DNA from: Candidatus Heimdallarchaeum endolithica
Lineage (GTDB): Archaea; Asgardarchaeota; Heimdallarchaeia; Heimdallarchaeales; Heimdallarchaeaceae
NCBI GenBank assembly: GCA_021513715.1
Contig: CP084167.1
Span: 160,001-224,000 of the forward strand
Direction: 5' to 3'
DNA: 64,000 nucleotides
Numbering within the stretch: the first letter of the stretch is position 1; the number at the start of each line of letters is the position of its first letter. A program made the translations under genes and the position numbers. Shown one piece after another: positions 1-10,654 of this stretch. The notes below the pieces were generated by a model, which saw only the letters and a program-made list of their open reading frames with translations, did no database searches and was not told where the DNA came from.

Positions 1-1065
1 TTAGAAGAATACAATAAGTATATTCCATCATCGTTATTATTTGTTATATTATTACCAGTAATAGTAGCATTAGAAGAAGAATACAAATATAGTCCATAAT
101 CGTTATTATTTGTTATATTATTACCAGTAATAGTAGCATTAGAAGAAGACCGCAAGTATATTCCATAATATTTATTGTTTGTTATAGTATTACCAGTAAT
201 AGTAGCAGAATCAGAATATTCCAAGAATATTCCAAACACGTTATTTGTTATAGTATTACCAGTAAGAGTAACAGAAGAAGAATCAACCAAGTATATTCCA
301 TAATCTTTATTGTTTGTTATAGTATTATCAGTAATAGTAGCAGAATCAGAATAAACCAAATATATTCCATAATCTTCATTGCTTGTTATAGTATTACCAG
401 TAATATTTAGATAGCTACAATACCATCCATATAGACCAATATCAGTATAACTCAAGTTCTGGTTAGCAATGGTAAGATGAGAACAGTTAATTAGAATAAG
501 CTGACCATAGTAATCCGATTGGTCAATAACCATATTAGAAGCATTAACAAAATAGCCTAAAGGTTTTCCATTTACCAGGTTGTCCTCTACAGTTAAAGAG
601 GAATAAACACTAAGTTCACTAGTACTAATGTACAGTCCATCATTAATAAAAACATTACCAGTAAGAGTAGCATTAGAAGAAGACCCCATGATTATTCCAT
701 CCCCGTTATTGCTTGTTATTGTATTACCAGTAAGAGTAGCAGAATCAGAATAGTGCAAGTTTATTCCATCATCTTTATTGCTTGTTATTGTATTACCAGT
801 AAGAGTAGCAGAATCAGAATAGTGCAAGTTTATTCCATCATCTTTATTGCTTGTTATTGTATTACCAGTAAGAGTAGCAGAATCAGAATCCAACAATTTT
901 ATTCCAGACCAGTTATTGTCTGTTATAATATTACCAGTAAGAGTAGCAGAAGAAGAAGACCGCAAGTATATTCCATATTCCGTATTGTTTGTTATAGTAT
1001 TATCAGTAAGAGTAGCAGAATCAGAATAATACAAATATATTCCATTACGGTTATTTGTTATAGTA
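1..1065 (-). repeat. Coding tandem repeats, ~69-bp unit (23 aa beta-helix rung), in two blocks (~1-405 and ~650-1065)
   Basis: Recurrent gtattaccagtaa(g/t)agtagca; units 711-779 and 780-848 are identical and identity continues ~40 bp into the next unit. Confidence 0.9.
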
Positions 1066-1463
1066 TTGTTGATGATTTTTGCTGTATTGTGGGCAACATG
1101 TGAAATAAAAACGCCATAGTCACTAGCATCTATGTAACAATTGCGTATAATAAAATATTTTGTAGTGAGGTGGATATAAATACCATAAGATGCATCAGTT
1201 GTAATGTTGTATCCTTCAATAATATAGGGATCTGTTTCTGTTCCTGAACCTGGGAAAGCACTGAAATCACTATCTGACGATATTTCTATTGTTTCGTGTT
1301 CACTAAGGGATAAGCTGACATCTCTAATGTTGCTAATCGAAGAGTTCACTTTAGATTGAAAAAGGAATTCTTCGTTTTTATCCATTTTAGTTTCATTGGT
1401 ATTTAATAATAATATTACCACTATCAAGCCCAACAGAATTTTTTTATTTCTTATTTTAATCAT
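1..1463 (-). CDS. Secreted/surface right-handed parallel beta-helix repeat protein (NosD/pectin-lyase-like); 3' end runs off the window; absent from ORF track
   Basis: Manual translation from ATG at 1463: MIKIRNKKILLGLIVVILLLN (signal/anchor), FPGSGTETDPYIIEGYNI motif, then repeats of type SATLTGNTITSNxxxGIxLxxSD; no stop seen in the stretch translated. Confidence 0.88.
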   Translation of the reverse strand, partial: MIKIRNKKILLGLIVVILLLNTNETKMDKNEEFLFQSKVNSSISNIRDVSLSLSEHETIEISSDSDFSAFPGSGTETDPYIIEGYNITTDASYGIYIHLTTKYFIIRNCYIDASDYGVFISHVAHNTAKIINNTITNNRNGIYLYYSDSATLTDNTITNNTEYGIYLRSSSSATLTGNIITDNNWSGIKLLDSDSATLTGNTITSNKDDGINLHYSDSATLTGNTITSNKDDGINLHYSDSATLTGNTITSNNGDGIIMGSSSNATLTGNVFINDGLYISTSELSVYSSLTVEDNLVNGKPLGYFVNASNMVIDQSDYYGQLILINCSHLTIANQNLSYTDIGLYGWYCSYLNITGNTITSNEDYGIYLVYSDSATITDNTITNNKDYGIYLVDSSSVTLTGNTITNNVFGIFLEYSDSATITGNTITNNKYYGIYLRSSSNATITGNNITNNNDYGLYLYSSSNATITGNNITNNNDDGIYLLYSS

Positions 1464-1949
1464 AAAAAAACCTTCTTCTCAAATAACTAGTGCTAACTCC
1501 ACATAGATGAATTACACTTTTTGCTTATTTGAATTAAATTAAAGGATGTTTAATAAAGTTTTTCCAGTATTAAGAAAATAGTGAATAGTTTTCATACCAC
1601 CCCCTAGATAAAAAGGTACTAAGCGGAGGACAGTCAAGACTCTGATGTGAGAGAAGGAAATTATAATAAACATGAAGCAAACAATAACAGGGCCAGATAT
1701 TTTGTCGGAAGAAAATTTAATCAACGGGAATATCACTTTAAAAAAAAACTAAAAACTAGACATTACAACCAGTGCTCTAAGGAAAGATTCATTAACCTTT
1801 AAGAACTCTCTTACCCTATGGGGTTTTTAATATTAGGAAAGAAGACATACTTCCAATTAACATAACCCTCTACATTAATAAAAATTAATTTTTGGATATG
1901 CTTCTTGATTCCAAATAGTAAATCTTTTTAACTATAGCTTAACTCTCAA

Positions 1950-2966
1950 TTGATTAAATTGAAAAGGGTTGTAATTGCAGGAACGATTCGTTCTGATGTT
2001 GGTTTACCTAAAGGGATTGAACTTCTATTACAAGGAAATAAAGCAATAGATGCGGTAGAAGAAACAATAAAGATTGTTGAAGATAATTTGGATGATTGGA
2101 CAGTAGGAACTGGAGGTTTGGCTAATTTACTTGGTGAAGTAGAATTAGATGCTTCTATGATGGATGGAACTACTTTAAAAGCTGGAGCAGTTGCAGGAGT
2201 TAGAAAACACAAAAATCCTATTTCAATTGCAAGAAAAGTATTAGAATTAACCCCACATGTTCTTCTAGTTGGGGAATTTGCTGATTTGTTTGCAGATGTT
2301 ATTGGATTCCCCCAATCAGAATTGCTTACAGAAAATGCCAAAGCTATATACAATGATTTCTTAAAAAAGAAAAAAATCGAGACTTATCCTTACGACAACG
2401 AGAAAACTATGAAACTTAAAGAGAGATATTTTAAATCTTTCAAGAAAATGGTCGAAAATAATGATTTAATGTCCTGGTATGAAAAATATGCCAAAGAGAA
2501 ACATGGAACAGTCAATGTTATTGGACGAGATATTAGAGGAAATATTTGTTCAGGAGTTTCAACAAGTGGTTTATCATTCAAGTTTCCTGGAAGAGCTGGT
2601 GATTCGCCTTTAATTGGTGCTGGTAATTATGCTGATAGCAGGTATGGAGCTGCTACTTGTGTTGGTGTAGGTGAAATTGCTATAAGGTTATCTCTTGCTA
2701 GAATTGCGGTTTACGAATTATCTAAAGGAAAAAGTGTAGAAGAGGCTGCAATTTGTGCTATAAAGATGATTAAAGACTTAGAACCTAAAGCTGGGACTCT
2801 ATCTATTTTGGTAATGGATAAGGAGGGAAATGTAGCTTCAGCAGCAAATTTTAGAGATTACCAATTTTGGATTGCAGATTCTCTGGATCCTATTCCACGA
2901 AAGAAAGAATGCATTTTTGTCGATTTAAAGGAAAAAGAGGATATCGGAGTTGGATACCACAGATAA
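1950..2966 (+). CDS. Isoaspartyl peptidase / glycosylasparaginase (Ntn-hydrolase, asparaginase_2)
   Basis: ELDASMMDG, HG-TVNVIG autocleavage Thr, STSG, GRAGDSPLIGAG. Confidence 0.9.
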   Translation: MIKLKRVVIAGTIRSDVGLPKGIELLLQGNKAIDAVEETIKIVEDNLDDWTVGTGGLANLLGEVELDASMMDGTTLKAGAVAGVRKHKNPISIARKVLELTPHVLLVGEFADLFADVIGFPQSELLTENAKAIYNDFLKKKKIETYPYDNEKTMKLKERYFKSFKKMVENNDLMSWYEKYAKEKHGTVNVIGRDIRGNICSGVSTSGLSFKFPGRAGDSPLIGAGNYADSRYGAATCVGVGEIAIRLSLARIAVYELSKGKSVEEAAICAIKMIKDLEPKAGTLSILVMDKEGNVASAANFRDYQFWIADSLDPIPRKKECIFVDLKEKEDIGVGYHR

Positions 2967-3076
2967 AGAAAAACATTTACACTTTTTTTCTATTTTCTCT
3001 TGACTTAGACTTTAAACTCTTTTTTTGTTAAAACATCATTCTTAAATAATTAGAAATTCAAATAACCTTTGATATT

Positions 3077-3553
3077 ATGACAAATTTAAAGATTGGAGAT
3101 AAAGCAATTGATTTTTGCTTAAAAGACCAAAATGGAAAAGAACACTGCCTTAAAGACTATTTAGGAAAATGGGTAGTAGTTTATTTCTATCCTAGAGCTA
3201 ATACTCCAGGTTGTACAATTGAAGCAAAAACTTTCTCTGAAAATATTGAAGAATTCAAGAAAAAAGAAGCGATAATCTTTGGTATTAGTGATGATCCTAT
3301 AAGCAAACTTAAGAAATTTGAGGAGAAAAAAAATCTCAAAGTAATTCTACTGAGTGACGAAACACACAAAATAATTAACGCTTATGGTTGCTGGATAAAG
3401 AAAAGGATTGGTCCAAAGGAGTATTTTGGAACAGCTAGAAAAACCTTCCTCATTTCTCCAGAGGGAAAAATAGCAGAAATATGGGAAAAAGTAAAAGTAA
3501 AAGAACATTCAATAGATGTTTTATCTACAATTTTAAGTAAGAATGGTGATTAA
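3077..3553 (+). CDS. bcp: Peroxiredoxin Bcp/PrxQ
   Basis: VYFYPRANTPGCTIEA peroxidatic motif. Confidence 0.92.
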   Translation: MTNLKIGDKAIDFCLKDQNGKEHCLKDYLGKWVVVYFYPRANTPGCTIEAKTFSENIEEFKKKEAIIFGISDDPISKLKKFEEKKNLKVILLSDETHKIINAYGCWIKKRIGPKEYFGTARKTFLISPEGKIAEIWEKVKVKEHSIDVLSTILSKNGD

Positions 3554-4105
3554 ATGAATTTTTCTGAAATAGTTAAAAAAAGGAGAGCATATAGATCCTT
3601 ACTCCCTTTTGAAGTAAAGGAAGAGATGATAAGAGAACTAGCTGAACTAGCAAGTTTAGCTCCTTCTTGTTTTAATAAACAACCTTGGAGATTTATTTTT
3701 ATTTATGAGAAAGAGAATCTTGAAAAAATCTTTTCTACTTTATCAGATGCAAATGCTTGGGCAAAAAATGCTTCAATGGTAATTGCTGTTTTTTCTAAAC
3801 CAGACTTAGATTGTATAGTGAAAGGAAAAGAGTATTACCTTTTTGACACAGGAATGGCTACAGCAAATATTATTCTACGACTTACTGAAATGGGATTGGT
3901 TGCCCACCCAATTGCTGGATTCAATGAAGAAAAAGCAAAAAAAGTTTTGAATATCCCTCAAGAATACAGAATTATTACGTTGATTATAACAGGAAAACAT
4001 AATGAAAACTATGCTGATGTATTAACAGAAAAAGCTGCGATTTCTGAAAAAACTAGGCCTTCAAGAAAGAATTTCAGAGAAGTGGCTTTTCTAAACACTT
4101 TCTAA
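3554..4105 (+). CDS. Nitroreductase family protein
   Basis: RRAYR, APSCFNKQPWRF, DTGMA motifs; abuts bcp stop (TAA-ATG). Confidence 0.9.
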   Translation: MNFSEIVKKRRAYRSLLPFEVKEEMIRELAELASLAPSCFNKQPWRFIFIYEKENLEKIFSTLSDANAWAKNASMVIAVFSKPDLDCIVKGKEYYLFDTGMATANIILRLTEMGLVAHPIAGFNEEKAKKVLNIPQEYRIITLIITGKHNENYADVLTEKAAISEKTRPSRKNFREVAFLNTF

Positions 4106-4180
4106 AGAATACTTTAGTAGTAGAAGAACATTTATTATTTATCAACACAATTAGTATATTATTGGCAAATAAGTGATATT

Positions 4181-4876
4181 ATGGGGAAACTAGATTTAAA
4201 GATAGCTGAGAAAGTTAAGAGTCTCTCAAATTACAATTTAGAACTTTTCAAAGAATCTACAAGTGATTTTGAAGTTTTTCTCTTTGCTATTTCTACATGC
4301 CAATGGTGCAAAAAAGGAAAAGAATGGCTAAAAGAGAAGAAAATATCATATTATTATATTGATATAGATCTTATTGACTATAATTTAAAAAAGGAAATAA
4401 AAAAAGAGATAAGGCAATCTTTTAATCTAGATTTTATAGCTTTTCCATTTATAGTTATTGATGGAGAAAAACATGAAATAGGTTTTAATAAAAAGAAATG
4501 GGAAAAACTCTTTAAGAATACTGAAAAAGGTATAAAATCCAAAACTTTTGAAGAAGTAAAAAACTATGTCCAGAAAATAGCCAAAAAAAAGAATTGGAAA
4601 TTACATTCAAATCATGATGGCACTTTAGATATGTTAATTCAAGGTTTAAGAGATAATTACAACAGAATAGGATATTTCAATTGTCCTTGCAGAGATACTA
4701 ATGAAAATATTCAACTTGACAAAGACATTTGTTGTCCTTGTGATTACGCTGAAAAAGATATCATTGAATATGGAAGATGCTATTGTGCACTGTTTTTTGA
4801 TTGTGATTACGATTTCACTAAAAACGAAGAAATTGAAATGATACCAGATAGGAGACCTAAAGAAAAATATACTTAG
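4181..4876 (+). CDS. Glutaredoxin domain fused to ferredoxin-thioredoxin reductase catalytic domain
   Basis: N-terminal CQWC plus cis-Pro (AFP); C-terminal CPC...CPC...CYC FTR-type motifs. Confidence 0.85.
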   Translation: MGKLDLKIAEKVKSLSNYNLELFKESTSDFEVFLFAISTCQWCKKGKEWLKEKKISYYYIDIDLIDYNLKKEIKKEIRQSFNLDFIAFPFIVIDGEKHEIGFNKKKWEKLFKNTEKGIKSKTFEEVKNYVQKIAKKKNWKLHSNHDGTLDMLIQGLRDNYNRIGYFNCPCRDTNENIQLDKDICCPCDYAEKDIIEYGRCYCALFFDCDYDFTKNEEIEMIPDRRPKEKYT

Positions 4877-4885
4877 GGGAAAAAA

Positions 4886-6934
4886 ATGGTTTTAGATTGG
4901 TACTTGCAATTATTAAATTCTAATGATAAAAATTGGTTAAAAAAGTATTTACAGCTAAAATCCATGAAAGAAGTGAAAGAGTACGATTTTTACAAAAATA
5001 TCTTAAATAATTGGAAAAAAATAAAAGAGTCTTCTATTCCCCTTGATATTCAATTTCTTATCTGTTATGTTCTTAACATGTATGTAGAATATGAAAAGTT
5101 GAAACTTCTTTATGAAAAACATAAATCAATTGAATGCTTAGGACCATTACTTAACATTTTGAGGTTAAAAAGAGGATTGATTGAAGCTCAAACATATATT
5201 GCAAATACTGATCTCTCTTCTGTTTTTAAATCTTCTATTTGTCCTAGATTTTACTTTTACACTTCTGAAGTAAAAGTGCTTTCTACAACTTTTAATAACG
5301 AATTATCTTCACAATTAATTTCACAATGTAAATTACTATTGAACAAAAGTGATGGCCAATTGTTTCTCTTACTTCAAGCAAATTTGTTTCAAACTCTTGG
5401 ATATTCTTTCTTTCGATACAGGGAAGTAGATAAAGCAATTTATTACTTTACTGAAGCAAAGGATATTTTAGAAAGCATTGAAAAAACAGATAAGTTTCTT
5501 TTAGCTGTCATCTATAATAGTCTTGGAAATGCTTATATGTTTAAAGGAATAATAAAGCAGTCAAAATCAAATTACTTCAAAGCATTTAAGCTATTTGATG
5601 AAATGAATAATAAAAGAGGAAAAATTGTTACAAAGGGAAATATTGCTTCATTAGATCTTAAAATTGGAAAACATAAAGAAGCATTACCTAAACTACTAAA
5701 TATCAAAGAATATTTCATAGAGAGCAAGGAATTAAGAAATGTAGCTTTAATTAATAGAGAGATTATGCAATGTCAAATAGAAATTGGAAAGACAGAAGAA
5801 GCAGTAAAATATTTACAAGATAATATAGATCTTCTAGAAACAAAATTAGTCTATGATGATGAAGTTCTGATTGCATCAATAGAGTTTGCAATTCAAATTC
5901 AAAAATTTGATATTGTTGAGAAGTTATTAAAAAGATTTGAAAATATTATACTAAAAGATAAAGAGAATATTAGCTTCCATAACGGAGCATATTGGGCTCT
6001 AAAAGGTTATTATGAATTAGCAAAAGGAAATTTATATAACGCATTTAACTTCTTACATAAAGGAATCGAAATTGCGAAAACTATCAAGAATTACACCTTA
6101 TATTTAACAGCACTGAAATATTACTCAATATACTTAATTAAAAAACTGCAGATTCAATATTCAGATGATGTTATAAATGAGCTAGAAGAGATTTGTGAAG
6201 AGATATCGCTAATATTACGAAAACATAGTAATATTTTCTTAAAAACAGATTTTCAGTTACTTCTAGCGAGAATTTATGCTATTAGAGAAAAATTTGATCT
6301 TGCTAAACACATTTATTCTTTAACTATAGAATTATGCAAAAATTATAATATGGATTCTCAACTAAAAGAAATCTTAAGAGAATTTCAAACACTAGAAAAA
6401 ATGGAAAAAAATCCTGAAAAAGTAGATAATAAAGCTCTTCAAATTTTTAGTTTGAATAGTATAACAAAAACATTGCAAAAACCATCTACAGAGATTAGAA
6501 ATATTGAAGTTAATCTAAATCAATATAATAAAGATCACCTAATAAATCTTATAATTATTCATTTCAATGGTTTACCTCTATATTCGCACCAATTTAAAGG
6601 AGAAAAAATTGAAGAAAAACAACTTCTTCTTTCAGGATTATTTAAAGCAATTGAATCATTTAGCGATTCACTTACTAAAAGGCATGGAATCTTTAAACTT
6701 ATTGAGTTTACAGACTTTATTGTAATGATAGAAAAAAGGAAAAAATATTCTGTGGTTCTATTTATTGATGAATTCTATTACTCTATAAAAGAGAGATTAA
6801 TTCTATTCGCTAATAAAGTAGAATTATTATTTCAGCAAACTGAAGTCCTTAACATTGATTATTTTACTAATAAGATTTTAACTCCAATAAAAAAAGAAAT
6901 TGATAACTTACGTATTGAAATTTTTGAAAAGTAG
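4886..6934 (+). CDS. TPR-repeat protein with C-terminal longin-like domain
   Basis: TPR helices (YNSLGNAY); C-terminal LIIIHFNGLPLY...LLSGLFKAIESF...VVLF pattern of longin fold. Confidence 0.72.
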   Translation: MVLDWYLQLLNSNDKNWLKKYLQLKSMKEVKEYDFYKNILNNWKKIKESSIPLDIQFLICYVLNMYVEYEKLKLLYEKHKSIECLGPLLNILRLKRGLIEAQTYIANTDLSSVFKSSICPRFYFYTSEVKVLSTTFNNELSSQLISQCKLLLNKSDGQLFLLLQANLFQTLGYSFFRYREVDKAIYYFTEAKDILESIEKTDKFLLAVIYNSLGNAYMFKGIIKQSKSNYFKAFKLFDEMNNKRGKIVTKGNIASLDLKIGKHKEALPKLLNIKEYFIESKELRNVALINREIMQCQIEIGKTEEAVKYLQDNIDLLETKLVYDDEVLIASIEFAIQIQKFDIVEKLLKRFENIILKDKENISFHNGAYWALKGYYELAKGNLYNAFNFLHKGIEIAKTIKNYTLYLTALKYYSIYLIKKLQIQYSDDVINELEEICEEISLILRKHSNIFLKTDFQLLLARIYAIREKFDLAKHIYSLTIELCKNYNMDSQLKEILREFQTLEKMEKNPEKVDNKALQIFSLNSITKTLQKPSTEIRNIEVNLNQYNKDHLINLIIIHFNGLPLYSHQFKGEKIEEKQLLLSGLFKAIESFSDSLTKRHGIFKLIEFTDFIVMIEKRKKYSVVLFIDEFYYSIKERLILFANKVELLFQQTEVLNIDYFTNKILTPIKKEIDNLRIEIFEK

Positions 6935-7062
6935 TTTTTTTAGGTTATATATCTAAAAAAACTTCTTCATTTGTTAGTAAATATAAGAATTCAATATTTG
7001 AAAATCAGATAAACTTTTAACGACTCACGAGATATACTATGATAAAGTAAGAATGAACTAAA

Positions 7063-9099
7063 ATGATGCAATTAAAGCGCTATGAGAGGTTTTTAGATGA
7101 AGACTTTTTACAAGGAAAATTGCATCCAAAGTTATTTATTACTTACTTTGATTACTACAATACAATCTTGAAATATTGGAAGAGAATTTTATCTTCTTCT
7201 ATTCCTTTAGATTATCAAGCTTTAATTGCGAAAATTCTACTAATTTATGATGATAGAGAAAAATTATCTGAATTTTATTCGAGGTTTAAATCATTTGAAA
7301 TTTTTGCTTCTTTTTCAAGAATTATTGCAATACAAGGAGAATATTCAAAAATCGAAAATATAATTGAAAAAGAAAATAAAGGTGAAATAGACACTCGAAT
7401 ATTTTATCTATTTGATTTTTATCTTCATGTAGTAGAATATTATTCAGTTGTTAATAACCTTGAAAGAGCAGAAGAGTATTTGAATAAAGCATCTATAACT
7501 TTAACCCAAATTTTTGAAATAGAAGAAGAAAAGAAACTTCGCAAATTATATGAAGTAATGTACCTTTATACAGAATCTCTGCTTAACTATATGAAGCACC
7601 TTTATATTAAAGGAATTTACATCTCAGAAAAAGCAGTTCAAAAAATACTAAAACATGACATCACAGATGTTTATTTGCATGCTTATTTATTAAATATGCA
7701 AGGAAATTGTCTTCTATACTCAGGTTCAATAATAGAAAGTAAAGTTGCTTATGCAGAGTCAATTAAATTATTTAACTCTGAAAACATTGAAAGAGGAAAA
7801 ATCGTAGCAAAAGCAAATTATGCTGTAGTTTTGTTAAAACAAGGATTCTTCAAAGAGGGTTTAAAGCACTTATTTAACATTCTTATTTTTATGGAAAAAA
7901 AGAAAGAATTGAGAAATATTGCGATGATCAATGCTGAAATCATCTATGCTTATAGATTGTTAAATAATATTCCTGAATCATTAAAGTTTCTCGAAAAAGC
8001 TATTAAAATCAGTGAAAAGTATAATATAGCTCTCGACTATATTTATCCTCTAGCATCAGAAACTTACTCAATAGTAAATAAGTTTGATAAAGCTGAAATG
8101 TATTTAGAAAAATATTCAAAGATATTTCAATTAAACGAACCCAAACTTAATGCCTATTATACTACATATATTACAACTAAAGGTATTTTTGAGTTTTATA
8201 AAATGAATTATTACTCATCAAGAGATTATCTATTAAAAGGAATAAATTATTCCAGAGAATTGAACCTTTTTCCTCAAGCACTAAATGCTTTACTTTATTT
8301 AATTGAATTATATCTTGTCATGTTTAAAATTGAGACAAACAAAGCAAACAGACAAAGGATTTTAGAAGAAATAGAACTATATTCACAAGAAATAATTATT
8401 TTGTTAAAGGAACTGAATGCTTTTTATCAACTAGTTAATTATATGTTGCTACTGGCTACAGTTTTCATTTATACAAACAAACTTTATCTTGCAGAAGATT
8501 TAATTAAAAGAGTAGAAACAATATGTAAAAAACATGACCTGAATTATAAAGAGGAAAATATTAAACAGATCAATCAATTACTTAAAAAGACGAAAACAAG
8601 TTCAAGATTTGAACAAACTCCCTTTTCTATGGATTTTTCTTTTGAAATTGACAATTTAATAAAGCAATATACAACAAAAGGCTTACTTACTTCTGAAATT
8701 AGAAGTAGTAGTAACAACTTTCGTCTTTTTCACTTTTTGATGATTATTGAAAACGTTCCCTTCTACAGCTACTCTTACGGAGATATTTTTCACTCTGATG
8801 AGCTATTAATTGTTGGAATGATCAATGCAATAAAAAATATAAGTAAAACACTAAGATTGAAGAAAGGCGAACTAAGAATTTTAGAACATTCTGAATATGT
8901 TATGATCTTACTAGGGAAAAATGAATTCACGATAGCACTGTTTGTTGATCGTTTTTCATATGCATTAAAGAAAAAAACTGAAGAAATAGCTGTATTAATT
9001 GAAAAAAAACTATTAGAATACCCTTACGAAAATATCTTAGAATTTGAAGAATTAAAAGAATATATCGATATTATGATAAAGGAAATTTACTTTAATTAA
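7063..9099 (+). CDS. TPR-repeat protein with C-terminal longin-like domain (tandem paralog of 4886-6934)
   Basis: Shared SSIPLD, RGKIV.K.N and KELRN.A.IN motifs; same C-terminal domain. Confidence 0.72.
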   Translation: MMQLKRYERFLDEDFLQGKLHPKLFITYFDYYNTILKYWKRILSSSIPLDYQALIAKILLIYDDREKLSEFYSRFKSFEIFASFSRIIAIQGEYSKIENIIEKENKGEIDTRIFYLFDFYLHVVEYYSVVNNLERAEEYLNKASITLTQIFEIEEEKKLRKLYEVMYLYTESLLNYMKHLYIKGIYISEKAVQKILKHDITDVYLHAYLLNMQGNCLLYSGSIIESKVAYAESIKLFNSENIERGKIVAKANYAVVLLKQGFFKEGLKHLFNILIFMEKKKELRNIAMINAEIIYAYRLLNNIPESLKFLEKAIKISEKYNIALDYIYPLASETYSIVNKFDKAEMYLEKYSKIFQLNEPKLNAYYTTYITTKGIFEFYKMNYYSSRDYLLKGINYSRELNLFPQALNALLYLIELYLVMFKIETNKANRQRILEEIELYSQEIIILLKELNAFYQLVNYMLLLATVFIYTNKLYLAEDLIKRVETICKKHDLNYKEENIKQINQLLKKTKTSSRFEQTPFSMDFSFEIDNLIKQYTTKGLLTSEIRSSSNNFRLFHFLMIIENVPFYSYSYGDIFHSDELLIVGMINAIKNISKTLRLKKGELRILEHSEYVMILLGKNEFTIALFVDRFSYALKKKTEEIAVLIEKKLLEYPYENILEFEELKEYIDIMIKEIYFN

Positions 9100-9223
9100 T
9101 CTCTAGTACCTTCACAAAAATGGATAAAAAACAGTTAAAAAAAGATTTTTAACCAAAAGGTGAAATAGTTTAGCTCAAAATAATAGTAAATATTTATTAA
9201 TATTCGATCGTTGCTGTTTCGAG

Positions 9224-10654
9224 ATGAAGACTATTGACGAGGATATTTTTGATTTACTGCATAAAGCAGTTAATAAAGGATTAGAATTAGGAGCTAATTT
9301 TGTTGAAGCTAGATATGATGACATGAGTTTAATGACAGTTAATCTTCTTAATGAGAGAATAAGAGAGGCTTCCACTAAACTTAGAAAAGGTTTTGGTATA
9401 ATGGCTTATTTTGATGGCTCTCCAGGTTTTTCATTCACTCCAGAAAGAAACTGGGAAAGTATCCATACAACAGTTGAAAATGCTGTTAAAATAGCCAAAG
9501 CAACAGCTCCAAGAAACAAAGTAAAAATGGAATTTGAGCGTCAAAAACCAATAGTTGATAAACAATTTACAGAAGTAAAGAAACACCCCAAAAATATGGA
9601 GTTTAATGAAAAATTATCAATGCTAAAAAGAGGAGTAAAAGCTATAGAAGAAAAAATTCAACCTAGCAGCACAACAGGCCTTTATGGAGAACTATTTGGA
9701 GATAAATATTTTGTTAATTCAGAAGAAAGTGAAATTTTTTGGCAACCTTTGATAGTTGATCTTCGAATACAAGCTATATCTATGGCAGAAGGTAAAAGAG
9801 CTAATGGTATTGATGGTGTTGGTTCATCTCTTGGTTTAGAATTATTCGATAAAGAAGAATATCTTCCAGAAACTATAGGAAGCAATGCTGGAAAATATTG
9901 TAAAGAACAATCAGAAGCAAAAGCAATTAAAGCAGGAAAACAAAAAGCTCTCATTGGATGGAGATTAGGTGGAGTATTAGCCCATGAATCCTTTGGTCAT
10001 TTATCTGAAAGCGATTTTGTTGTAACTGGAATGTCTCCATTATCAGATAAAATAGGGGAGGTTTTGGGAACAGAAATGACAACAATAATTGATGAAGGAA
10101 CAATACCTAGAGAAACAAATGGTTTATGGCTTCCTTATGATGATCAAGGAATCAAGACTGATAAAACTGTTCTATTAGAAAAAGGAATACTAAAAGGGTA
10201 TCTACACAACAGGGGTACAGCTAAAAAGATGAATGCAGAACCAACTGGAAATTCACGAGCTATTACTTTTATGTATCCACCTATTCCTAGAATGAAAAAC
10301 ACCTATTTTGCTCCTGGTGATTTGAGTCTTGAAGAAGCACTAGAACAGCTTAAAGATGGTTTTTATGCTGTTTCTTCTTCAGGTGGGCAAGTAGGTTTAG
10401 ATGGAAACTTCTTGTTTAATTGTAACAGAGGTTATTGGGTTGAAAATGGGGAAATAAAATATGCAGTAAGAGATTCTTCTCTATCTGGAAATATCTTGGA
10501 ATTAATCAAACATGTTCAAGGAGTAACTAAAGATTTCAACATTATGACAGGCTATTTTGGTGGATGCGGAAAAAGTGGACAATTTCCATTACCAGTTGGT
10601 CTAGGAGGAGCAGAATTACTTGTAGATGAAGTTTTAGTCGGAGGTGCAAAATAA
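9224..10654 (+). CDS. tldD: TldD metalloprotease
   Basis: HESFGH zinc motif, PRMKNT, C-terminal GCGK. Confidence 0.9.
   Translation: MKTIDEDIFDLLHKAVNKGLELGANFVEARYDDMSLMTVNLLNERIREASTKLRKGFGIMAYFDGSPGFSFTPERNWESIHTTVENAVKIAKATAPRNKVKMEFERQKPIVDKQFTEVKKHPKNMEFNEKLSMLKRGVKAIEEKIQPSSTTGLYGELFGDKYFVNSEESEIFWQPLIVDLRIQAISMAEGKRANGIDGVGSSLGLELFDKEEYLPETIGSNAGKYCKEQSEAKAIKAGKQKALIGWRLGGVLAHESFGHLSESDFVVTGMSPLSDKIGEVLGTEMTTIIDEGTIPRETNGLWLPYDDQGIKTDKTVLLEKGILKGYLHNRGTAKKMNAEPTGNSRAITFMYPPIPRMKNTYFAPGDLSLEEALEQLKDGFYAVSSSGGQVGLDGNFLFNCNRGYWVENGEIKYAVRDSSLSGNILELIKHVQGVTKDFNIMTGYFGGCGKSGQFPLPVGLGGAELLVDEVLVGGAK

Noticed and set aside
1-1065. Regular repeats as a CRISPR array or DGR template/variable pair
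   Set aside because: Period is a multiple of 3 inside an open minus-strand ORF; no unique spacers, and no cas or reverse transcriptase gene in the window
753-1103. Plus-strand ORFs 753-1103 and 847-1029
   Set aside because: Antisense shadows of the beta-helix gene
1500-1900. ORF 1539-1736 or ncRNA/IS remnant in this intergenic region
   Set aside because: No convincing motifs, boxes, TIRs or stems found by eye
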